The notes beneath the pieces are model-generated. The model did no database searches. It saw nothing but the letters and a program-made list of their open reading frames with translations, and was not told the origin of the DNA. Shown in pieces: positions 26,281-38,480 of a stretch of 64,000 bases of DNA. This DNA comes from Convolutriloba macropyga. Its lineage: Eukaryota. Position 1 is the first letter of the stretch. Each line of letters opens with the position of its first letter. The stretch spans positions 26,970,001-27,034,000 of the forward strand of contig NC_134477.1 of assembly GCF_964194025.1 (NCBI RefSeq). The letters are read 5' to 3'. The translations under genes were made by a program, and so were the position numbers.

Positions 26281-27134
26281 CCCGGGTCGAGGTGTCACCG
26301 CCATTCAACGCAAAATTATGTAAGATAAGCCGTTAATGCGGAAATTTTTGTAAGATAAGCAGTGAATGCGGTGAAATTACATAAATCAGGCGGTGAATGC
26401 GGTGAAAAATACTTTATCTCCTGGTAGCGCTGAAATTACATAATTTCACCGCTGAATTTAGCGGTGAAATTACATAAATTTACCGCTTCGAAGAAAAGTG
26501 TCGCAATTATGTAAGATAAACGGTGAATGCGGTGAAATTACATAAATTCACCGCTCAACTTAAAGGTGAACTTACATAAATTCACCGTTTAGAAAAAATT
26601 GTTAAAGATGTTTGAGATCAGCAAAGAATGCGGTGAAATTAATGGTGAGTGTGGGAGGAATTGTTAGATTTGCCTTCCCACTAAAACTAAGCGGTGAATT
26701 TATGCAATTTCACCGATAGAGTAAGCGGCGAACTTAAAAAAATTCACCACATTTCACCGCTAAAATATGTAATTTCACCGCTGATATTTGCAAATCTTAC
26801 AAAAATTCACCGAGCCTGTTTTGCAGAAAGTACAGTGAATTCGATTTATATTCAAAAAATAATAGAATTTAGTGAGAGATGGCGCAGTGGAAGAAGAAGT
26901 GGATGACATGCAGGAGGTGAGAGGTTCGGACCCTTGTAAGGGCGGTGAAATTACACATTTTAGCGGTGAATTGTGGTGATTTTTTGTAAGATCACCGCTT
27001 AGTCTAGCGGTGAACTTACATAATTTTACCGCATTCACCGCATTTCACCGCAAAATTATGTACGAAATTTGCGGTGAAAAACTAACTTTTCACCGCTTAT
27101 CTTACATATTTTTGCATTTTTATCTCGACCCGGG
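26281..27134. mobile_element. Non-autonomous foldback/MITE-like DNA transposon with GCGGTGAA/TTCACCGC subrepeats
   Basis: TIRs CCCGGGTCGAG (26281-26291) / CTCGACCCGGG (27124-27134), flanked by CG on both sides (a 2-bp TSD or a TIR extension, since CG is palindromic). Many GCGGTGAA/TTCACCGC motifs in both orientations. Confidence 0.8.
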
Positions 27135-27442
27135 CGTACAGAAATGATACGAATTAATCGTAAACTTCGCTTTAAAAGTGTGACTCACATAACATCGCTC
27201 TGATTTCATGACTTTCGATGAGAACAACAAAAAAGAACTTGCAGATACAAAATTTGACATTATTAATCACACGAGAGAAAATTTTATGACTTCACACGAG
27301 AGAATTTTAGAGTGATAGCAAAAGAGTCAGCCTTTTACATGGAATACAAGTTTTGAAAAATTATAATTAAAACATTCAAATGTGGAATTGGAAAAAAAGC
27401 AACCGGGCAATTAGTAGATTTTAGAGGGTAATATTCACTGCA

Positions 27443-27850
27443 TACTTACTTACGTACTATTTACTACTTACTACTTACTACTTACTACTTATTACTACTT
27501 ACTACTTACTGCTTACTACGTACTACTTACTATTTACTACCTACTATATAATACATACTACTTCTTACTCAGTAATTACTCTTTGCTACTTTCTACTGAC
27601 CACATAATACTTACTACTTTCTATTTACACCTTACTGCATACTACAAACTACATACGACCTAAATACTACAACCTAAATACTACATATGACTTAATATTT
27701 ACATAATTAACATGTTTACTCATTAATACTAGATAATTTTTACCTTCTGCTTGCTAATTACAACATACAATATAAAACCTAGTGAATAATGCTTACTAAT
27801 TACTACTACCTACGTACCACTTAATACTTACACAATACTACCTACTAAAT
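27443..27850. repeat. (TACTTAC)n 7-bp microsatellite decaying rightwards
   Basis: Near-perfect CTTACTA runs at ~27460-27545, then degenerate TACTA-rich sequence. Confidence 0.85.
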
Positions 27851-28149
27851 TTTTTTAAAACTCAATTTTTTGGTTAAAAAGCTATTTTTTGTGATGCATA
27901 TCATTGTTATATATAAAAACATATCAATGTATACCTCATAATATACTCACAACTTCACGTGTAATAGAATTTGTTTTTATGAACTCACAAGTTGTACAAT
28001 AAAACAACAAAATTTAAAAATGTTGAATGATGGAATATAACAAAAAAAAATCAGTCGAAAAAGCATGGACTTATAACAGTACGAGTAAAACATAATAGGC
28101 GTAGAACATATCAGTATTTACTCCTAAATGTCCAATAATCATAGAACGC

Positions 28150-29760
28150 AGCCAGTCTCATTTAAATATTCACAGTAATAACCTCTAACAGACAGCCACC
28201 GTCCTCCAAACAACCAGACACCTCAGTATCCCTAAACTATCACCTCCAGTGTCCTTCCAACGGATCTAGCCTTCAGTGCATTAGAAGCACGGACATCCAA
28301 AATTCCGCCACTGAGCTCCAGTATTTTGACCCAAACTGACCACCAGAGTGCTTCAGCCAACCGCACGTTTCAGTAACCATCAAAAATCATATCCAATATT
28401 CCGTCATCTGAACCAAATTAAAGTACATCAATAGTACTGAGATGTAACAGGCAGCCACCGCGCTCCAGTACTGACGGCAACGGCCACGGCTTTGCTCCAG
28501 ACAACCAGCCAACTGAGTAGCACCTAGAAATCAACTCTATTGTATCGACAATGGCCCCAGCCCCAAGTAAATCAGCAGTACAAACCTCCAACAGCCTGCT
28601 TCGATGATCTGGCCAACTGAACGCCTCAGCATCCTGTAGAACTAATATCTTTTGTTTCGCCAAAAGAACTATAGCCTCCAGTAAATCAGCATTATTGATC
28701 TCCAACGTGATCCGGTACTTACGGCAAACAGCCCGTCACCGTGCTCCTCCGGCTAACTGGACACATCAGTAGCCCTCAGAAACCACGTCTACTGTACTGC
28801 CATAGGGAACCCCAATACATCAGCAGTACTGTCCTCCAACAGCTCACAATCCTGCTGCGCCTCACGGGTCGCCCAGAAGTTCTTAACAATCATCTCCAGT
28901 GGGCCGCATACTGAACCAGCGACCCATACATCTACAGTATTGAACCCCAACAGTCCACAACTGTGTTCCAGCACCAACCTCAACTGTCAGCACCATGCTA
29001 CAGTCAACGGGTCAACTCATTAGCCCTCAACAGTCTTCTCCAGTGTTCTGCCAACTAAACCAGCCTCCAGTACGTCAGCAGTACGGACATCCATCAGTCA
29101 AAAACAGTGCTCCAGTGCTGACCTTAAGAACCCCGCAACAGTGTTCTTGCGAACGGGCTCCTGACTAGCGCTAAAAAATCAGCTCTGAATTTCAGCAACC
29201 AAGATTTCAAGACCAGATTCGAGTACATCATCTGTAATGACCTCCAAATGCTCGCCAATTTGCTCCAGTTCCGACCGTAAACAGCCCGAGACCGTACTGC
29301 AGTCAACGAGACACCTCAGTAGCCCTTAATAATTATCTCCATTGTTCACGCAAACAGAACCAGTCTCCAGTACATCTTTAGTACGGACCAATAACAGCCT
29401 TCACAATGATCCAGTGTTGACCACAAACCGTGTTGCAGCCAACAGGCACCTCAAAAGCACTCAGTAATCACCTTTAGTGTTCCACCAACGAAGCGAAACA
29501 AGCCAAGGTTCAGTACATGAGCAGTGCTGACCTGAAACCGCCAAGCATTGTGTTTTCGTCAAACTGAAAACACAGTAGACCTTCGAAATCATCTCTCTGG
29601 TTCTTCAAAGCCAACCACTAACCAAAACATCACCAGAACTGGCCTCCAAAAGACATCCACAGTGCTGTAAATAACCGACACCCAGTAGCCCCAGTAACCA
29701 CCTACTGTGTTCCATCAACAAAAGCGGCCTCCATTATCGGCAGTTATGCGCTCTAGCAGA
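28150..29760. repeat. Degenerate C/A-rich tandem array (~100-150-bp units)
   Basis: Recurring ACACCTCAGTAGCCC...CTCCAGT...ACGGACATCCA...CCAGTG-TGACC blocks near 28219, 28761, 29014, 29310 and 29678; strong C-over-G skew. Confidence 0.7.
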
Positions 29761-29899
29761 GTGCTAACGAACTCAAGTTTCCAGACTTCACAGCAACATT
29801 ATCTTTTCAATGCCAGTCTTCATATTAGTGAACTCCTTTCACATTCCTTTATTCCTAAACTTGAACCAATTGACTGTTTTGCTGGCCTATAAAGTTAAA

Positions 29900-30370
29900 A
29901 ATATTTGACCTCTGAAATCCAAACCACCTTATTCCTGGAATGTTAAACCAATTGATATCTAAAATATTATAGATTTTGACCTCTAATAGGTAAAATCACT
30001 TGATCTCTAATAGCTCAAACCACTCGACTTCTAATAGTTCAAATTATCATTTGGTTCCGAAAGGTCAAACAACTTGACCTCTATTACGTCAACTCACTTG
30101 AATTCTAAAGGGTCAAACCACTTGACCTCTGAGAAGTTAAATAATTTGATGATCCTGATCTTAAAGAACTCGTCAAACCCTTTGATCTCTTAAGTACAAA
30201 TCACTTGACGTATAATAGATGAAAATAATTGATTTTCAAAAGCGCTTAAACCATTTGTTTTCTAAGAAGTCAAGCCATTCAACGTTTTCAAATTGGTTGA
30301 CCTTGTGAATTCAAATCAAGTTACCTCAGTAGGTTGAAAGTTCCCTGCATTTGACCATCAACTGACCTCC
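29900..30370. repeat. Degenerate ~24-bp tandem repeat (GGTCAAACCACTTGACCTCTAATA)
   Basis: TCAAACCACTTGACCTCT-like cores recur at roughly 24-bp period. Confidence 0.75.
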
Positions 30371-33300
30371 AAAAATTCAAAATATCCGCAGTCTGTCTCT
30401 AAAGAGTAAAAATAATACCAAAACAGGAGTTTCATATGCCTCCTGAACGCTAACGCTAGAAAGTTGCCGCAGTTACCCTTAAAATTTTTTCTCAAGTGCA
30501 AAAAATTTATTGTTTAAATTGAGCTCAAAATGTATAAACTTGTTTTTAATTAGTCTCATCATGAACAAAACTCAGATCTAATTTGCTACTTCCTCAATAT
30601 TCAAGGAGAGTGAAAGGTACAAAATCATCAAAAATTGGAGAAGTAAAATTGCTTCAAAGATATTTGAACCATTTAAAATCTCTCAATCATGAGGTAGAAT
30701 ATCAAATACAGTCAGAAATGGAAGTCAAATTGTGTCCGCCACACATGAAGAGTTCGAAAAGAAAATAATACATTGGTATCATTTAGTTAGCATGACGAAA
30801 TGAGAATGCCTTGGTGCTTAAGAACTTCTTCAAGACGCAGCATGCGAAGCTCAAAATAGAAGCTGACCAAGTTGTGATGAAACGTGAGCTATTCTGTAGA
30901 GCTGTTTTGAACTGTCCAAACAGTTTTGCTTCGACCCCGTTTGTTCAAACTTCTGTTTTTTATCGATGCGAGTTTTAGGAAGTTGTTTGAAGCCACGAGG
31001 CAGAAAACTCCGACAGCAAATGAATGATTTAGCATACTGGCTATCAAGATGTTAGGTCCCTACCATTCAAACACAATTGTATTCGTACTTCAAACTTCTT
31101 CCGACATTTTATAAACAACGAAAATGAACACCACTTTTTCCAGGGAATTAACAATAGCTTGTGTTCAAACCAGGCAAACCGGAGTTCCTCACCATCAATT
31201 TCAACTATACATGGGCTATTTACAAGAGAAATAAGCACTTTGCGGAACGCAGCCCAAACAAATATTGACATCACACAATCTTTTTTCTGTGTTTGGATGT
31301 CTGGTCGCTTCAATGTTCGATGAATGATTTGAAGTTGATATGTTCTTGGGCTATGTTCGGCAAAGTGTCCATTGTTCTGGTGAAAAGGAACAATTGTACT
31401 TGCAATTAATTATGAGACATTACCGTTTGCCTGGTTTGAACAATTTCAACAGTCAATTTCATGAAATGGAGCTGAATTGGTTTTCTTTGTTATAAAACTG
31501 TCGCAAGAAGGGCGAAGGGACTTCCATTATCAATGTTGTAGTTTTTATGTTATTTACATTCCAGGAAAAGGTTGAAGTGCGTACGATTGTAGGAACTGTG
31601 CCACTGAAAAACGAAGCATGACATTTGGAAGCAACATTTTGGTAAAATGTTTTAATTGCCTTTTGCGTTTTATGAAACAAACATTTGACTCGCTATTAGT
31701 TTTATTGTATAAAAAAATGATGAATGAATCTTGCTGAGGTACTAAATGTTGATTTCTGCGTTGCAGTGGTTTTAAGGAGATCCTGATAATCAAAACTAGG
31801 GACTTGATTGGAGTGTTTTGACATATGCCCATGGCTAACTGCACTTGTTTTTGAAATGTTGGGACATTAGTTGTTGATTATTGATCTGCAAAATCCTTCA
31901 CTTGAAGTTGCTTCTTCCGGCAACAAAAATGAATTCCGATCTTTTTCGGGGAGTTCACGAAAAAAATTGTTCAAATCTGTCAAACAGTAATTTCGCACCG
32001 TCAAATGCAACTACCTAAGTAACTATTTACCAGAGCAAACATCATTTTGCCGAAAACAGGCCTCAACACATATTGATATCGATACGTCCATCAAGAAGTG
32101 CAGCTACCAGACATCCAGATCCAGAAATTTGACCGAAATCCGATCAAGTGGATCGAAGGTGGCAAAAGGTTTTCGCCAAAAAATCACAAAAACAGGAACA
32201 TAACCGACATTGAAAAAGATAGTCGCCTGCAATGTTTTTAATTTGAGAGGCAGTCAAAAGAAATCACTCCTTTTATTTTCAATCCACATTTCTAATGTTC
32301 AACAAAAACCCACAAAATGTTGGTAACACTTTAAAGATTAAAATCAGAAGCTTCGCAGAAGCCATCTATGGTCAGGCTGTCTTGACTCCCTCTTCATCTG
32401 TCTAGAGCAAAATTTGCGGCCCAATGATTCAACGCCAATTTCAAAGCTGAATCGGGTATCTGCTCCGAATAGCGCGGAAAAAAGACAAAATAGAGCTGAT
32501 TGGAATGTAGTTAATACGCTGCCGACAAAGATTTGACCAATCAAGGGATCATAGAAATTTTTGATTGGATGAATCGGCAAAACCGAGCATTTGAGGAGCA
32601 TAGCTTTCAGCACCCTTCCACTAAAACTAACAAATACAATAGAATTCTCGCAAACATCAGTTTGAAGTCACAACGTTTCTAAAACCAAAGCATTTTTTTC
32701 AAAATCAAACGAAATTGAAATGAAACCGGGAGTAGCAACAGATGAGAGCCGTCCAAAAAAATTTTGAATTTCAAACGCAAACACATGAATGATACAGTTA
32801 AACCATTCAATGCAAAGAAATCCACTGACAATGGAACCAAATTGTTGTGATATATTGATCAAGATAAAAATCCTTTCAGCAGATGTCAACAACTTACTCC
32901 TGATGCTAAGATGCTACCAAAAGGAATTTGGAAGCCAAGAAACATTCCCTTATGCTACATTTGCGTAGGTGGTTACCACACAATACGTCAAGTTTTTCTA
33001 AAGAACGTGCAGAGAAAGGCATCACAGGCCAATTTTTAGCGAGTTCCTAAATTTTACTGAATTTGATTTGCCAAAATATGAACTATTACAAAAAGACAGA
33101 AAAACTCGTCGACTCCTGGTCTTCCCTCAGACACGAGGAAGTTTTTGAGTTCCTACCGTTTATTTTGTTTGGTGAAATCGTGAAAAAAAGAGGCTGCTAA
33201 GCAATGCTAGATCATGGAAGTATTATTTCCTACTTCTTAAAAGTATCGGCAAATTCATGCAACACTCTTTATTCTCTAACGATAATTCTTTAAGGAGTAA

Positions 33301-33766
33301 CTGGAGCCCCATTTGTTCTGAGCAACCTTTTAAGTAGCACAATAACACGGAAAATTTTCTCAACTGAGTAAAACGATTAAATGTCGCGTAGCTATATTTC
33401 TCTACTCTCCTACACCTGGCGGACAATATAGAAAAAACGTCTCAGCTACATTATTAATTATCTCTGGAGGAATGGAAAGAGAACCGAAATTGAAGACACT
33501 GCAGATACAGCAGCAGAGACCAATACTGTCAAACTTCAATAGCCCTTACCAGTCTGGAAGCAAGATATCAACCCAGAGAACACCTACCTCTTAGGCAAAG
33601 CACAATCTAACAGCTTGCAACGACACCTCAGTAAGGAGGTCACCTTAAAATTGCAATAAAGCCATTATGTGATCATGCTTACAAAGGAATTTGGAGAGGG
33701 CTTAGATGAAATTAGTTGTTTTCCATATTTTTTTCAAAATGGCCGTCTAACTTGCTACCTACATAA

Positions 33767-33906
33767 CCGAAAAATCTTGCTACGTACATAACCATCAGTC
33801 ACCAGTACAAACAAACTAGAATAATTTGGGCACGTGCCGAAAAATCTTGCTACCTACATAACCATCAGTCACCAGTACAAACAAACTAGAATAATTTGGG
33901 CACGTG
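33767..33906 (+). repeat. Nested 70-bp tandem duplication (repeated at 35566-35705)
   Basis: CCGAAAAATCTTGCTAC...TTTGGGCACGTG occurs twice (33767, 33837) with one substitution. Confidence 0.9.
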
Positions 33907-34249
33907 GTGAAGGCCACTTTTTCTGAATTATAAAAATAGATTAAACAAAAAGTGTACTCTCAGGGTCCGAACTAATAAAAAATCTACCCAGAAGTTATCC
34001 AGGTTTCCGCAATGAAATATTGGCTATAGGGGTTGATAGAGAAATTTCAGTATGCCTCCTGCAAAATTATTCTTTTTATACGCTTTCTTTGGCCATCGAA
34101 AAAGTTCAAATGAAAAATCTTAACGACAGCATCGGTCTTAAAATCTTAACGACATTCGAAAATCGCCGAGCAATTTCAAGGTCACGTTTCAACCTCAAAA
34201 ATTTATTTTTCAATTCCGCTGAAAGTCTAAAGTTTTCACCAGCCTAGGA

Positions 34250-34920
34250 TCTTGACAACAAAAAAAAACATGCGTCACTTGTTAAGAGTAATGTGGAAAA
34301 CCAGAGTTAACAAAGTATTTGTTCAAAAGCTCGCCAATGTACAAAAAAATCATGACCAGTAAAAACTTCGAGATTCTTGTCGCTGATTACCTGTTCGACT
34401 GAACCTCTAGAATTCATAACCTCAATAGTAATAACACTAAGTAACATTTTGCCATACATCTAGAAGGATTGCCTTGCGCGGCCGGATATACCTCCTGATG
34501 AACAACAGAAATCGACAAACTCTTGGACCGTGCAGTTTCTTCATTACCACCGATCAAAATGCCACGCCATCTCTTTAACCATCTACTTCATAATCTTCAG
34601 ATGCATTGCTTCTGCGATGCAACCCAGCTAGCTTAGGTCACAGTTTTGCTTGTCAGAGCTCAAACTGACAAGCTTATAGCAAATTGGTTGCTGATATTTG
34701 GAGCCAAAATTGCGCCTTTGACAAAAATTAGTTTTCTCATACCGGAAATACACACCGCAATGCTTAGTTGCATACTAACACAAATTGATCTGAAGCAGCA
34801 TAAAGTTATTGTTATCGAAGGATAATTCCTGAGTGATAGCAGAGCTGTTCTGGCGTGGATAAAAGCCAAAGACAAGCCAGTAACTTCTGTTGCCACCCGC
34901 TTTCAGGAAATCTGCAACTA
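34250..34920 (+). mobile_element. BEL/Pao pol fragments inside the duplicated unit (second copy 36050-36720)
   Basis: LSDSRAVLAWIKAKDKPVTSVATRFQEI resembles the Pao RNase H SDS...FVANR motif (~34830-34912); an AIHLE integrase-like motif lies at ~34451. Confidence 0.55.
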
Positions 34921-37639
34921 AACATCAATAAAGAATTTAAATTAAACTCGTATTAAACTTATATGCGACGAACTTGGAAACGACTTTGGGAAGGGCTAGT
35001 TGAAATTAGCTGCTTATTTATGTTTTCTCAATCCCGCCGCCTGAAGAACCTACCTCACCATCAGTTAACAACACAAACAAATGGGAAAATTTTGGGCAAG
35101 TAGCAAATGCCGTTTTTTCTGCTTTTGAAAACTAGAAAATAAACAAAACAAAATGAACTGAGGGCCTGACATAAAATTAGATTTCTCTCCAGATTCTGCA
35201 AAAAAATTGGCTTTAGGGATTCTTATAGAAACCTTGATATGCCTCTTGAAAAATGATCAGTCTTTTTTTGGGCATCGAAAAGCTCAATTCAGCATCTCCA
35301 GTGAAGCCGTCTTATTTCTGGAGCCAGGTAAACTTCAATAGCCCTTACCAGTCTGGAAGCAAGATATCAAACCAGAGAACACCTACCTCTTAGGCAAAGC
35401 ACAATCTAACAGCTTGCAACGACACCTCAGTAAGGAGGTCACCTTAAAATTGCAATAAAGCTATTATGTGATCATGCTTACAAAGGAATTTGGAGAGGGC
35501 TTAGATGAAATTAGTTGTTTTCCATATTTTTTTCAAAATGGCCGTCTAACTTGCTACCTACATAACCGAAAAATCTTGCTACGTACATAACCATCAGTCA
35601 CCAGTACAAACAAACTAGAATAATTTGGGCACGTGCCGAAAAATCTTGCTACCTACATAACCATCAGTCACCAGTACAAACAAACTAGAATAATTTGGGC
35701 ACGTGGTGAAGGCCACTTTTTCTGAATTATAAAAATAGATTAAACAAAAAGTGTACTCTCAGGGTCCGAACTAATAAAAAATCTACCCAGAAGTTATCCA
35801 GGTTTCCGCAATGAAATATTGGCTATAGGGGTTGATAGAGAAATTTCAGTATGCCTCCTGCAAAATTATTCTTTTTATACGCTTTCTTTGGCCATCGAAA
35901 AAGTTCAAATGAAAAATCTTAACGACAGCATCGGTCTTAAAATCTTAACGACATTCGAAAATCGCCGAGCAATTTCAAGGTCACGTTTCAACCTCAAAAA
36001 TTTATTTTTCAATTCCGCTGAAAGTCTAAAGTTTTCACCAGCCTAGGATCTTGACAACAAAAAAAAACATGCGTCACTTGTTAAGAGTAATGTGGAAAAC
36101 CAGAGTTAACAAAGTATTTGTTCAAAAGCTCGCCAATGTACAAAAAAATCATGACCAGTAAAAACTTCGAGATTCTTGTCGCTGATTACCTGTTCGACTG
36201 AACCTCTAGAATTCATAACCTCAATAGTAATAACACTAAGTAACATTTTGCCATACATCTAGAAGGATTGCCTTGCGCGGCCGGATATACCTCCTGATGA
36301 ACAACAGAAATCGACAAACTCTTGGACCGTGCAGTTTCTTCATTACCACCGATCAAAATGCCACGCCATCTCTTTAACCATCTACTTCATAATCTTCAGA
36401 TGCATTGCTTCTGCGATGCAACCCAGCTAGCTTAGGTCACAGTTTTGCTTGTCAGAGCTCAAACTGACAAGCTTATAGCAAATTGGTTGCTGATATTTGG
36501 AGCCAAAATTGCGCCTTTGACAAAAATTATTTTTCTCATACCGGAAATACACACCGCAATGCTTAGTTGCATACTAACACAAATTGATCTGAAGCAGCAT
36601 AAAGTTATTGTTATCGAAGGATAATTCCTGAGTGATAGCAGAGCTGTTCTGGCGTGGATAAAAGCCAAAGACAAGCCAGTAACTTCTGTTGCCACCCGCT
36701 TTCAGGAAATCTGCATTTAAACATCAATAAAGAATTTAAATTAAACTCGTATTAAACTTATATGCGACGAACTTGGAAACGACTTTGGGAAGGGCTAGTT
36801 GAAATTAGCTGCTTATTTATGTTTTCTCAATCCCGCCGCCTGAAGAACCTACCTCAACATCAGTTAACAACACAAACAAATGGGAAAATTTTGGGCAAGT
36901 AGCAAATGCCGTTTTTTCTGCTTTTGAAAACTAGAAATTAAACAAAACAAAATGAACTGAGGGCCTGACATAAAATTAGATTTCTCTCCAGATTCTGCAA
37001 AAAAATTGGCTTTAGGGATTCTTATAGAAACCTTGATATGCCTCTTGAAAAATGATCAGTCTTTTTTTGGGCATCGAAAAGCTCAATTCAGCATCTCCAG
37101 TGAAGCCGTCTTATTTCTGGAGCCAGGTAAACTTTTTCCACTGCCATATTTGACCTTCAATAGATATCTAAGCTTTTTGCTGACAATGTTTGGAGAAAAA
37201 AATTTTCTTAAAAACTTATCAAAAAATTCTGTCAATTCGTTTGCTGATGACACACTAGCTCAGAACAACAAAAAAGAATTTGACAGACACTTGCAAGGAT
37301 AGGTTTCATTCTTATGTCGAATTCCGATCAAAGTCTAAAATTAATGAAAATCGAGGATCGTGACAATAACAACTAAGAACTTCACATCTTAGTTGTAAAT
37401 TGAAAAACCGGAGATGGTACGAAACTTCATCAAACGCTTTCCAAAGTACAAAGATCACTTGAGCAAAAAAACAAATCAAACATTTGTGTCGCTCATCGCC
37501 TTTTTAATGCCAAATTCTAGGGTTTCAAGCCTTCCTATAGAGCTTTGCCTTTAATTATTTCGACTGTTGGCGCTTTAGAGCACAATAACTACAGCCATCG
37601 ATGTAAAACCTGTCAGATATTTGATCATAGGAACCACCG

Positions 37640-38480
37640 TCAGCAGTCAAACATTCAACAGTGATCGTCAGCAATGATGGCGTGGGCTACCCTGAACCAT
37701 TCACGGTTGTTCAAGTAGAAGTGAAGATTTCTCGTTTGGTAACAGGACTAATTCGAATAGAAGTTCTCGAATTATTCAGTGCAGATAAAATTTTGAGAGC
37801 AATCCAACGCTGCACTTCTCGATGGGGTCAAGCCTGCATGATTTAGTCGGAGAATGTTCAAAGTTTCCCAGGAGCAATCTAAAAGATAAGACAAAGGCCA
37901 TTGACGATGGAACATACCTTTGTCACGGATCAGCTACTTAGCCAATAATTTGAGTAGAAATTTGACCTTCCTCATTTTGGTTGTGTTTGGGAGAGGATCA
38001 TTTGAGTGCGTGAAGCAAGCTCCTCTTCTGAAACGCGACTCATTTTTCCTGACGTCAGATCTTTTTAACCACTCTGTAACCATATTTCTGTAACCATTTT
38101 TAACGATGCCGACTGTCTTATTAACATGCAACTACTCACCCACTTGAGAGGAAACAACGAAGACAACAATAACCTAATGCCAAACACCTTCCTGCTCCGC
38201 AGACCCTTCTGAATTGGCCCTGGAGCCGTATTAAACGAGACACTTAAATTGAATTTTTTGTCCTGGGCGCACGTGCAGCAAAGAATCCAGCAAAATTGGA
38301 AGACACTGCAGAACGGAATTATACCTTCGCTGAACAAACAACCAAAGAGTACATCTTGGGAGCGCCATTGGAACTGAATTAAATCAATGAAATTGCCTGC
38401 TGCTTGAGGAGGTCTGCCCACGAGGAATCTGGCCTCTGGCACAAATCACTCGGACTTTCACTGGCACCGATAATGTTGCT
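37640..38480 (+). mobile_element. Degraded BEL/Pao integrase core and DUF5641
   Basis: GVGYPEPF...LVTGLIRIEVLELFSADKILRAIQRCTSRWGQ (Pao GVDYxGPF...RAIHLE...RRFISRRG), PHFGCVWERII, LMPNTFLLRRP and PRGIWPLAQITRTFTGTDNVA. Confidence 0.8.

Larger units (their letters stand above)
33531..37134 (+). repeat. 1799-bp tandem duplication (33531-35329 / 35330-37128)
   Basis: ORFs duplicated with offset 1799; about 8 substitutions by eye; 6-bp microhomology AAACTT at 33531, 35330 and 37129. Confidence 0.95.

Noticed and set aside
30540-33500. Coding-like fragments possibly from a Polinton or other large element
   Set aside because: No diagnostic motif could be recognised with confidence; needs BLASTx.
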